From Candidatus Peregrinibacteria bacterium (GTDB taxonomy: Bacteria > Patescibacteriota > Gracilibacteria > UBA1369 > LOWO2-01-FULL-3): a stretch of DNA of 64,000 bases. Within the stretch, counting starts at the first letter, position 1; each line of letters opens with the position of its first letter. The notes below the pieces were generated by a model. The model was not told the DNA's origin. It worked only from the letters and a program-made list of their open reading frames with translations, and made no database searches. Location of the stretch: contig JABILX010000001.1 of NCBI GenBank assembly GCA_018654255.1, positions 209,695 to 273,694 of the forward strand, read 5' to 3'. The translations under genes and the position numbers were made by a program. Shown piece after piece: positions 38,459 through 46,333 of the stretch.

Positions 38459-39748
38459 TTAAAGTTTTTTTTTGAGCCCTTCTTCGAAGAAAAGCAAATT
38501 CATCGTATCGGCCCCCTCTGGCCCAACAACCTCAACAAGCCCAGAGCTTTTTTCTATTACAATCGACCCAAGCAAAACCCCACTCGCATCTCCATAAAAA
38601 ATATCATAATAAAATCTGTATTCATCTTCACGAGCCAAATTGTTAACATACAAAGAATTCTCTTCCAAAAGCAATTTGAATCCATTGTCTTCAAAAGTCT
38701 CTGCTAGCACCAATTGCGCTTCGATTATATTTTTCTGCACAGCAGGTAAAACATCTAATTTTTCGATAAAAGGCGGTAGAGAAGTCGCAAGGTCAGTGAC
38801 TTGCAAAACAATATTTTCATCATCCCTAGAATCATGCAGCGTGATAGAAAAATCTTCCAAACTCAAGATAACCTGAGCCACAACCTCGGTCGCTATATTC
38901 TGAATATCAAATGTCAAAGCCGAATCAGTTTGAGTAGGCTCGGCAACAAAAGTTAATTGTTCAGCAGCAAGCAGATCAACCATCTCCTGCTTAACAAAAG
39001 ACTCAACGATATAAATATTTGAAGCTTCAATCTTTTTGATATTAGTCAAAATAGTACTCAGATTATCACGAAGATAAATCAAGACATCGCCAGCAAACTC
39101 ATCAGTATCAGTTGATACAACAGACGTCGAGTCAGAAGCAGCCTCAAGAACCATATCTCCAGTCTCCTTATTGAGAGTAAAACTCAAAACCTTGCCAACT
39201 TCGCTGTCCATAATTTCCAAATAATAATTTTCTGCTTTATCAGAAATTTGGCCAAGAATAAGGCCCTTATCTTCCAAGAAATAAGAAAGTTCAGAGTTAG
39301 AAGCCAAGCCTCCCAAGAAAGCATAATTCTTATCAAAAGCTGCTTTTTTGCGTTCAATGTCTCCTAGATACCCAACATATTTGAAGAGGGAAATTTGCAA
39401 TTCATTTTCATTCTCATCACTAACAGAAGGACTCTCGTTAGAATCAGATGAAGACGAATACTGGCGAGTTGGAAGAAGTAAATAACCTCTCACTTCATTC
39501 AAATCCTCACCAATCATCTGAGAAACCTCAGTCAGCTTCCCAACTTCATCAACCAAACTAGAACCTCTCAAAGACAAACTAGTTAACCCACCGGTCATTC
39601 GAGCAACCTGGAAATATTGGATGAGAAAAAACGCAACAATAACACCAATAATTATGTTTTTCCTGGTTAAATGGGGCTGCCAGTTCTCTGGTACCTTATT
39701 TTTTGCCCCCGTGGTCAATTTCGAAATTTGCTTTTTAATTTTCTTCAC
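38459..39748 (-). CDS. membrane-anchored extracytoplasmic protein (likely N-terminal part of the LCP protein)
   Basis: 429 aa with N-terminal TM IIIGVIVAFFLIQYF. It ends ...GLKKKL* across an A9 tract (plus-strand T9 at 38465-38473). Confidence 0.65.
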   Translation of the reverse strand: MKKIKKQISKLTTGAKNKVPENWQPHLTRKNIIIGVIVAFFLIQYFQVARMTGGLTSLSLRGSSLVDEVGKLTEVSQMIGEDLNEVRGYLLLPTRQYSSSSDSNESPSVSDENENELQISLFKYVGYLGDIERKKAAFDKNYAFLGGLASNSELSYFLEDKGLILGQISDKAENYYLEIMDSEVGKVLSFTLNKETGDMVLEAASDSTSVVSTDTDEFAGDVLIYLRDNLSTILTNIKKIEASNIYIVESFVKQEMVDLLAAEQLTFVAEPTQTDSALTFDIQNIATEVVAQVILSLEDFSITLHDSRDDENIVLQVTDLATSLPPFIEKLDVLPAVQKNIIEAQLVLAETFEDNGFKLLLEENSLYVNNLAREDEYRFYYDIFYGDASGVLLGSIVIEKSSGLVEVVGPEGADTMNLLFFEEGLKKKL

Positions 39749-39858
39749 CAGAGAATCTTATAAAAAATCTTGTCTTTATGCAAATTTTTGTATAGAATCC
39801 CGTTTGCATCGTGACTGATTTATTCAATCACTCATATGCAAAGTTTCATTGAAAACTA

Positions 39859-39933
39859 GCGGGTGTCGTATAAAGGCTATTACCACAGCCTTCCAAGCTG
39901 TTGATACGGGTTCGATTCCCGTCACCCGCTCCA
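39859..39933 (+). tRNA. tRNA-Gly (anticodon UCC), CCA encoded
   Basis: Acceptor GCGGGTG/CACCCGC. Anticodon arm ACAGC-CTTCCAA-GCTGT. T-arm ACGGG-TTCGATT-CCCGT. 75 nt. Confidence 0.9.
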
Positions 39934-39941
39934 ATCTTTTT

Positions 39942-39966
39942 ACAGGTTCAATTCGCCCCACCCCAC
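39942..39966 (+). repeat. decayed copy of the tRNA-Gly 3-prime half
   Basis: ACAGGTTCAATTCGCCCCACCCCAC versus tRNA ACGGGTTCGATTCCCGTCACCCGC, about 20 of 25 positions matching. Confidence 0.6.
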
Positions 39967-39970
39967 GAGG

Positions 39971-39990
39971 AGGTTCGAACTAGAATTCAA
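39971..39990 (+). repeat. GTTCGAAC-core element, upstream type
   Basis: AGGTTCGAACTAGAATTCAA, closely similar to 40916-40935 (AGGTTCGAACTGGATTTCAC). Confidence 0.55.
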
Positions 39991-39999
39991 ACAGGAGGG

Positions 40000-40028
40000 T
40001 TGACTTCAGGGGGGGGGTATGTTATAAT
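40000..40028 (+). promoter_or_regulatory. promoter TTGACT-N17-TATAAT with a G9 tract in the spacer
   Basis: ttgacttcagggggggggtatgttataat, with the G-run at 40009-40017. Confidence 0.5.
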
Positions 40029-40065
40029 TACAGTGTTGGTCAAATAAAAAATAACCAAAACAAAA

Positions 40066-40599
40066 ATGGAAAACCTAAGGAATGATCCTCCAAAAGATCC
40101 TCCAAAAGATCCAAAGAAAAAACCAGATAACGTTGAAGACTATCCATACATAATCACAGGGACTGGTATTCAGAGAAAGGAACTTCAGGAGTCGGTTGGT
40201 AAGCCAAAACATGTGCCGGAAAAGAAATCCTGGAAAGTTAAAGAAGTTGGAGAAATTACACCAGAGGTTGCTGCGTTAGAGGATAAACTAGTGAAAGAAG
40301 AGTATAATAAGTGGGCCGCTGATCCAGAATCACTCAAAAATACAAGATTGGTTTTTGGACCTGATGCCAAAATCCTGCCATATGAAAAATGGATCTCATC
40401 CCAAAGAATGTCGCAATTAAAATTCGAACCCGAAAATGAAGGGGTTGAGGATGCAGAAGAAGACCAATTACCCAAAAATTACTTGAGAGTGGAATATCAG
40501 TCTTACTACGGAGAAAAGAAGAAGATCAATGAAACTCCAGATAGTTATTTTGAATGGCTGAAAGCAAGGGAACGAAAACTGGGAACTTCAGAAGAATAA
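40066..40599 (+). CDS. hypothetical protein (177 aa, charged, no TM)
   Basis: Clean ORF with a promoter upstream, a repeat element and a hairpin downstream. Confidence 0.6.
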   Translation: MENLRNDPPKDPPKDPKKKPDNVEDYPYIITGTGIQRKELQESVGKPKHVPEKKSWKVKEVGEITPEVAALEDKLVKEEYNKWAADPESLKNTRLVFGPDAKILPYEKWISSQRMSQLKFEPENEGVEDAEEDQLPKNYLRVEYQSYYGEKKKINETPDSYFEWLKARERKLGTSEE

Positions 40600-40609
40600 T
40601 TTTCATAAA

Positions 40610-40640
40610 CAGTTCGAACGTCCTCCACGCTGCGGCTCCA
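40610..40640 (+). repeat. post-ORF element CAGTTCGAAC...GGCTCCA
   Basis: CAGTTCGAACGTCCTCCACGCTGCGGCTCCA, starting 11 nt after the stop. Confidence 0.55.
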
Positions 40641-40642
40641 TG

Positions 40643-40677
40643 AAAAAATCACCCCGCCGCAAGGTGGGTTATTTTTT
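40643..40677 (+). terminator. imperfect hairpin flanked by A- and T-runs
   Basis: aaaaaatcaccccgccgcaaggtgggttattttttt. Confidence 0.4.
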
Positions 40678-40704
40678 TATCTAGGGGTCGGCAGAAACGA
40701 AGCC

Positions 40705-40788
40705 TCGGGTGAGAATTCCCGTTGCTTGAATATGCGTATGAGTGAAACGAATCGGATAGTCAAGTACGACGAAGTGCACCCGCTCCAA
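40705..40788 (+). repeat. decayed tRNA-Gly 3-prime region (T-arm-like hairpin, about 53-nt insert, exact acceptor end)
   Basis: TCGGGTGAGAATTCCCGT resembles the T-arm. CACCCGCTCCAAT at 40776-40788 is identical to 39923-39935. Confidence 0.55.
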
Positions 40789-40915
40789 TGAAGACCTCCA
40801 GGAACACTCAAACCTCCTTTTCCCGCTACACCAAGCCAAGAACTCGGTTCTAACCATAATTTTAGTTAAATTACTCTGATTTAACTTTTACTAAACCTTC
40901 CATTCCTATGAACAA

Positions 40916-40935
40916 AGGTTCGAACTGGATTTCAC
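40916..40935 (+). repeat. GTTCGAAC-core element, upstream type
   Basis: AGGTTCGAACTGGATTTCAC. Confidence 0.5.
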
Positions 40936-41018
40936 AATTAATAAAGTGAATCGGTCACTGTAAGATCATAGCTTTTACACACAAAATACGGTATAATTAA
41001 CAGATAAACAAAAACAAA

Positions 41019-42122
41019 ATGACAGACCCAGAAGACACAGAAAAAGACGGACCGCAAGAAGTCCGACAAGAAAACGAACTTCCAGAAGCTCCTCTTTACG
41101 GAGATAAAAGAATCGTACAAACAGTTAATGCCACAAGAAAATCTCTATCACTTTCTCTTTCAGGAACAGAAGAAGTAGAAGAAAGGGATACAGAGAAAGT
41201 TTTCAGAATAAACGAAAGAATAATAACGAACATGATAGTAGATAGTTCAAATACGATAAAATCTTTCCAAATCACAGTAACAACAGAACAAGGTCACAAA
41301 ACAATAAATCTAATGGGTTATATCCCACAAAATATAAAAATAGAACTAGCCATTGGGCCCCACTTTATTCCAGAAGGGAAAGATGGCAGAAAGACAATTC
41401 AAATATCAGAATTAGATTTGAAACACATCCCAGAAAAAGGTCTGATAAGTGCCTTCCACGAAATAGGACATGCAATAGACGAAGCAAAACACCCAGAAAA
41501 GTATCCAAAAGATAACGATAGAACATTGCAAATAATCGAAGCAGGAGAAAAAGGCGCGAACGAGGAAATGTCAAAAATGCTAGACCAAATAAGAGAGGAA
41601 GAAGAAGTTGAAATAATCCCAAAAGTTCGATTAGAATCTCTAAACAAACTTCAGCTTCTATCATGCCAAGTAGACAGTATTTTTAGAGACAAACATCCAG
41701 AAAAACCCAATTTTCTCCCACTCCAATACGACGAAGCCCAATGGGAAAGAAGATTTAATATACACAAAGAAACCAGGGAAGAATTAAATGTGCAAATAAG
41801 AGCTTCAGCAGATTCGTTGTTCTCAAGACTAGGAGAAAAAGGCGTGAACAACTTAACCGCAAATGAAATCCTGCAAATTCTGAAAGAAGAATTCCCAAGC
41901 ATTTACATTGAAGAAGCAATATTTTTCAACGATTTAGAATCATTTGCAGTACAAATATTTTTAGCAAGATTCAACCCAAAAACAGGTAAAAGTAGAATGA
42001 AAAAATCATTTCAAAGAAAACTTAGTCGGATAATGTTGGATGAAGAACTAGGATTGATAAACTATGTCGCGCATCAAAAACTTTTAACAGACGAATACAG
42101 AGCTGAAGCAAAAGTCTTCTGA
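41019..42122 (+). CDS. hypothetical protein with HExxH motif (AFHEIGHAIDE)
   Basis: 367 aa with no TM or signal peptide. The zinc-metallopeptidase-like motif is the only recognisable feature. Confidence 0.6.
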   Translation: MTDPEDTEKDGPQEVRQENELPEAPLYGDKRIVQTVNATRKSLSLSLSGTEEVEERDTEKVFRINERIITNMIVDSSNTIKSFQITVTTEQGHKTINLMGYIPQNIKIELAIGPHFIPEGKDGRKTIQISELDLKHIPEKGLISAFHEIGHAIDEAKHPEKYPKDNDRTLQIIEAGEKGANEEMSKMLDQIREEEEVEIIPKVRLESLNKLQLLSCQVDSIFRDKHPEKPNFLPLQYDEAQWERRFNIHKETREELNVQIRASADSLFSRLGEKGVNNLTANEILQILKEEFPSIYIEEAIFFNDLESFAVQIFLARFNPKTGKSRMKKSFQRKLSRIMLDEELGLINYVAHQKLLTDEYRAEAKVF

Positions 42123-42127
42123 TTTTC

Positions 42128-42155
42128 CAGTTCGAACATCCTCTTTTGCCAGGGT
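42128..42155 (+). repeat. post-ORF element CAGTTCGAACATCCTC...
   Basis: Starts 6 nt after the stop. Confidence 0.5.
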
Positions 42156-42220
42156 TTTATACTTTACAATTATCTTAATATGGCATATACTCAAAACAGA
42201 GCTAAACCATATTAAGCCCC

Positions 42221-43168
42221 ATGACGTATTTACCTGAAAATCTTCGGAAACAAATAGAGAAAAAACTCAAGAAACTAAACAAGCTTCGTCCGCTACCGAA
42301 AACAGCTGTAGCAAAACTTCGCGAGCAATTTGAGCTGGAGATGACGTATAACTCCAACGCAATTGAGGGGAATTCCCTTACTCTTAAAGAAACATTCTGG
42401 GTTGTTAAGGAAGGGCTAACAATCAAAGGGAAACCTCTAAAAGATCATCTGGAGGCAACCAATCACCAGGATGCTCTGGAGTATCTATACGAGCTGGTCG
42501 AGCACGAGAAAAAAGCTACAATCTCTGAGTTTTTAATAAGAAATATTCATCAACTTATAACTCAAAACATTGAAAAAGAATGGGCTGGTAAATACAGAAC
42601 AATGCCAGTAATGATTACGGGGACCAAGCACATGCCACCGAGCGCTGGAGAGGTCCCAAGTCTAATGCACCAGCTCATTGAATGGCTAAACAGAGAGGGC
42701 AAAAAGATGCCCATAATCGAAACCGCCTCCATACTCCATCACAAATTTGTACACATCCACCCATTTCTAGATGGGAATGGGCGTACAGGACGTCTTGTCA
42801 TGAATTTGTTGCTATTAAAAGCCGGTTACCCATTGGTAATTATTTTAAAAAATGATCGCAAGAAGTATTACAAAGCATTAAGAGAAGCAGATGAAGGAAA
42901 TTATGCCCCATTAGTTTTATTGATTGCACAATCAATTGACCGTTCTTTAACCATTTATTTAAAGACATTAACACCTGACAGGAAGGAAGACAGAAAAAAA
43001 TATATGTCATTGGCAGAGGCGAGCCAGATTTGTAGGTATTCTGCAAAATATTTAAACTTACTTGCGAGACAAGGTAAATTGGAAGCTTACAAAGAAGGTC
43101 GAAATTGGGTGACCACCAAAGAATCCATAGAGAAATACATCAAAGAAAGGGAAAGAAAACGAAAGTAA
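42221..43168 (+). CDS. Fic-domain protein with C-terminal excisionase-type HTH
   Basis: Fic motif HPFLDGNGRTGR. N-terminal SNAIEG inhibitory-helix motif. C-terminus MSLAEASQICRYSAKYLNLLARQGKLEAYKEGRNW. Confidence 0.85.
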   Translation: MTYLPENLRKQIEKKLKKLNKLRPLPKTAVAKLREQFELEMTYNSNAIEGNSLTLKETFWVVKEGLTIKGKPLKDHLEATNHQDALEYLYELVEHEKKATISEFLIRNIHQLITQNIEKEWAGKYRTMPVMITGTKHMPPSAGEVPSLMHQLIEWLNREGKKMPIIETASILHHKFVHIHPFLDGNGRTGRLVMNLLLLKAGYPLVIILKNDRKKYYKALREADEGNYAPLVLLIAQSIDRSLTIYLKTLTPDRKEDRKKYMSLAEASQICRYSAKYLNLLARQGKLEAYKEGRNWVTTKESIEKYIKERERKRK

Positions 43169-43184
43169 TACTATGAGACACCCC

Positions 43185-43216
43185 CAGTCCGAACATCCTT
43201 TAGCGGTGGAGCTCCA
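43185..43216 (+). repeat. post-ORF element CAGTCCGAAC...GGAGCTCCA
   Basis: CAGTCCGAACATCCTTTAGCGGTGGAGCTCCA. Confidence 0.55.
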
Positions 43217-43276
43217 AGAGTATAACCTATAGAAAAGAAGGTTTTTTGTAGGTTTACGAAAACATTGACAAAAACC

Positions 43277-43305
43277 TTTACAATTAATTGAGGTAGGGAT
43301 ATAAT
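43277..43305 (+). promoter_or_regulatory. promoter TTTACA-N17-TATAAT, leaderless geometry
   Basis: The -10 box ends 6 nt before ATG 43312. Confidence 0.5.
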
Positions 43306-43311
43306 GAAAAC

Positions 43312-44331
43312 ATGTTTAATCCAAAATATAAACTATCGGCTACTCTTCTTAAGGCTATTACAGAATGTGAGCGCTTATATGGGCAGATTGAATCATTAAA
43401 GATTCCTCATGAAATTGAACTTAATCTTGAAAGGAGTAATGAAATCAATTCTTCTTACTTTTCCAATAGTATTGAAGGGAATCCACTTTCTCTACCGGAA
43501 GTAACTAACTTGCTCTTAGACGAAAGGGTTCCAGCAAACAGAGATGAAAAGGAAATAGTTAATTATTTTAAAATTCTTAGAACTCTCCAAAAACATACTG
43601 AGGGTCAATTAACTTTACAAAAAGTCTTACAAATCCATAAAGAATTAATGTCAGGTGTGAATGATAAAATAGCTGGAGATATAAGAAATAAAACTATCGT
43701 TGTGGGGAAATATAAAAACAATAGCGGAAAAGTTGAACTTGAAATAAAGCATAATCCTCCAACCCATAAAAAAAAGGAGATTGAGCAGTTATTAAACAAA
43801 TTGATAGAATGGATAAACAAGAGCAAGGATCCGATTTTAATTAAAGCCGGAGTATTCCATCATGAATTTGTACGTATACATCCATTTGAAGATGGGAATG
43901 GACGTACTTGTCGATTGTTAACCGCATTACTCTTTATCAAAGAGGAGTACTTTATAAATAAATATTTCGTACTTGATGATTATTATGATGTGGATAGACC
44001 AGCTTATTCAGATGCTCTCCATTCCGCAGATAAAGGCAACAAAACAGAGTGGTTGGAATATTTCAGTATAGGGTGCAAATATTCACTCCAAAGCGCATTA
44101 GCTAGAGTTAAAAATGCATTAAAAACACTAAAAATAAGTGAAAGACCTACCAATAGAGAACAAGATGTAATCGATATATTGCAACAATATAAAGAAGTTA
44201 CATCCTCTGATGTAGCGAAGAATCTCAGTATTTCAAGACAGCAAGCTCATAATTTACTCAAAGGATTGAAAAACAAAGGTTTAATTGAAAAAAAAGGAAC
44301 TACAAAATCAAGTTATTATAGATTGAAATAG
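43312..44331 (+). CDS. Fic-domain protein with C-terminal winged-helix domain
   Basis: HPFEDGNGRTCR. N-terminal SNSIEG motif. C-terminal DVAKNLSISRQQAHNLLKGLKNKGLIEKKG. Confidence 0.85.
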   Translation: MFNPKYKLSATLLKAITECERLYGQIESLKIPHEIELNLERSNEINSSYFSNSIEGNPLSLPEVTNLLLDERVPANRDEKEIVNYFKILRTLQKHTEGQLTLQKVLQIHKELMSGVNDKIAGDIRNKTIVVGKYKNNSGKVELEIKHNPPTHKKKEIEQLLNKLIEWINKSKDPILIKAGVFHHEFVRIHPFEDGNGRTCRLLTALLFIKEEYFINKYFVLDDYYDVDRPAYSDALHSADKGNKTEWLEYFSIGCKYSLQSALARVKNALKTLKISERPTNREQDVIDILQQYKEVTSSDVAKNLSISRQQAHNLLKGLKNKGLIEKKGTTKSSYYRLK

Positions 44332-44388
44332 AGATCCAAGCAGAAAAACACCCAGAATCAGGACTTATTCCATTCCCCAAGCCAACAA

Positions 44389-44422
44389 TACAGGTTCGAT
44401 TAGCATCCAGCCAGGAGCTCCA
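44389..44422 (+). repeat. tRNA-T-arm-like / GGAGCTCCA element
   Basis: TACAGGTTCGATTAGCATCCAGCCAGGAGCTCCA. ACAGGTTCGATT matches the tRNA-Gly ACGGGTTCGATT. Confidence 0.5.
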
Positions 44423-44483
44423 CAAAGATTCCCATTGAGAAGCCAGAGATGAAAGGGTATCCTCTTTGCATCAAATTTATTGA

Positions 44484-46262
44484 ATGAATTTTATGGCGAC
44501 CTTGTTGCAAATTAATGGATTATCCAAGTCCTACGGGGCACAAACAATCTTAGAGGATGCTGGATTGGTTATTAATGAAAGGCAAAAAATTGGTGTGATT
44601 GGCAGGAATGGGGCGGGTAAGTCGACTTTATTTAAAATAATTGTTGGAAATGAAGAACTTGATGAAGGAACAGTTAATGTGCACGAAGGCACGAGAATTG
44701 GCTATTTAACCCAACATAGTGAATACGAAGAAGACGAAAGTGTAATTGATTATTTGATGAGATCTAGTGGAAAGAAAGATTGGGAATGCGGGAAAATGGC
44801 AGGAAGCTTTCAAATAAAAGGAGAGCAGTTAGATGCGAAAGTAGTTTCGCTAGCAGGTGGATATCAAATGAGGGTTAAGTTGATTGCAACACTTCTAAAG
44901 GATCCAAATTTACTGCTTTTGGACGAGCCTACTAATTACTTGGATCTATCTACTCAGCTTTTGTTGGAACATTTTTTGAGAAATTATAAGGGAAGTGTTT
45001 TGCTAATTTCCCACGATCGCGAGTTTATCAAGAGAACATGCAATGAAACTGTAGAAATCGAGCATGGAAAGATAACCTTGTATCCACGTTCCATAGAAGA
45101 ATATCTAGTATACAAAGAAGAACAATTGTCGAGGATAGAGGGTCTTAATATAAAGACAGAACAAAAGAAGAAACATTTGCAGAGCTTTGTTGATAGGTTT
45201 GGGGCAAAGGCCAGTAAAGCATCTCAAGCTCAGTCCAAAATGAAACAAATTGAAAAGCTGAAGACGATTGAAGTGAATCATCCTCTGAGTACAACAACGA
45301 TAGTGATTCCACCTGCGGAAGATAAAAAGGGGATTGCTTTGAAAACAGAAAATTTGGAAATTGGCTATAGTGATAAATCGATAGCCCAGGAAATCAACCT
45401 GGAGATAGAAAGAGGCCAAAAAATCGCAGTACTAGGGGATAACGGCCAGGGAAAAACGACTTTATTGAAAACTCTTGCCGGAGAAATCGACAAACTTTCC
45501 GGAAATTACAAATGGGGGCACAATATTAAAATTGCTTATTATGCGCAGCATATACCCGCAACATTAAATTCCAATGAAACGGTAAAAGCCTACCTGAAAA
45601 GGATAGCTCCACCCGACATTTCAGAGCAGGACATTTTCAAAATGGCAGGAAATTTTCTGTTCAAAGATGAAGCGTTGAAAAAAAAGCTTCCCGTATTGAG
45701 TGGAGGCGAGAAGGCTAGGCTTTGTTTAGCAAAAATATTATTACAAAAAAATCAGGTGATTTTACTTGATGAGCCGACCAATCATTTGGATTTTGAAACT
45801 GTCGAGGCACTGGCGCAAGCGTTGAGAGATTCCAATGTGACAATAATATTTGTGAGTCATAATCGTACATTTGTGGAGATTGTGGCCAACGGTATTGTTG
45901 AAGTGAAAAATGCGAGGGTTACGCGCTACCATCATAATTACGAAGAATATGTCTATCATCTGCAAAAAAATATTGAGGAAGATCTGGGCATAATTGAGGA
46001 ACCACCTTTGAATTTAGAAAAGGAGGAGAGGAAGGCCTTGATAAAGAAGGTAAAGGAAGTGAAAAAACGATTAAAATATTTAGAAAAGGAGATCATTGGT
46101 TTAGAAGAAGAAAAAACGATTTTATTGGAGTGGTTTGAAGAAAATCCCACAGAGTATTCTGAGGAAAAAACCAAACGTTTAGCAGAAATTGAAAAGAAAA
46201 TAATTGAAAAGGAACAAGAGTGGATGGAGGCAGAGATTGATCTTGAGGTAAAGCAGGGCTGA
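44484..46262 (+). CDS. ABC-F family ATPase (two ABC cassettes, no TM domain)
   Basis: GRNGAGKST and GDNGQGKTT Walker A motifs. LSGGEKARL signature. Charged C-terminal extension. Confidence 0.85.
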   Translation: MNFMATLLQINGLSKSYGAQTILEDAGLVINERQKIGVIGRNGAGKSTLFKIIVGNEELDEGTVNVHEGTRIGYLTQHSEYEEDESVIDYLMRSSGKKDWECGKMAGSFQIKGEQLDAKVVSLAGGYQMRVKLIATLLKDPNLLLLDEPTNYLDLSTQLLLEHFLRNYKGSVLLISHDREFIKRTCNETVEIEHGKITLYPRSIEEYLVYKEEQLSRIEGLNIKTEQKKKHLQSFVDRFGAKASKASQAQSKMKQIEKLKTIEVNHPLSTTTIVIPPAEDKKGIALKTENLEIGYSDKSIAQEINLEIERGQKIAVLGDNGQGKTTLLKTLAGEIDKLSGNYKWGHNIKIAYYAQHIPATLNSNETVKAYLKRIAPPDISEQDIFKMAGNFLFKDEALKKKLPVLSGGEKARLCLAKILLQKNQVILLDEPTNHLDFETVEALAQALRDSNVTIIFVSHNRTFVEIVANGIVEVKNARVTRYHHNYEEYVYHLQKNIEEDLGIIEEPPLNLEKEERKALIKKVKEVKKRLKYLEKEIIGLEEEKTILLEWFEENPTEYSEEKTKRLAEIEKKIIEKEQEWMEAEIDLEVKQG

Positions 46263-46286
46263 CATCGTCCAAATAAAGGAGCTCCA
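46263..46286 (+). repeat. degenerate post-ORF element ending in GGAGCTCCA
   Basis: CATCGTCCAAATAAAGGAGCTCCA, immediately after the stop. Confidence 0.45.
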
Positions 46287-46333
46287 AAACTTCCACTTCC
46301 TTTTTTTCGCAAAAAAAGTAAAGTGTTCACAAC

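Noticed and set aside
40641-40685. 14-codon ORF MKKSPRRKVGYFFI after the first island gene
   Set aside because: It coincides with the A-run/hairpin/T-run terminator-like structure and has no ribosome-binding site. It is most likely non-coding.
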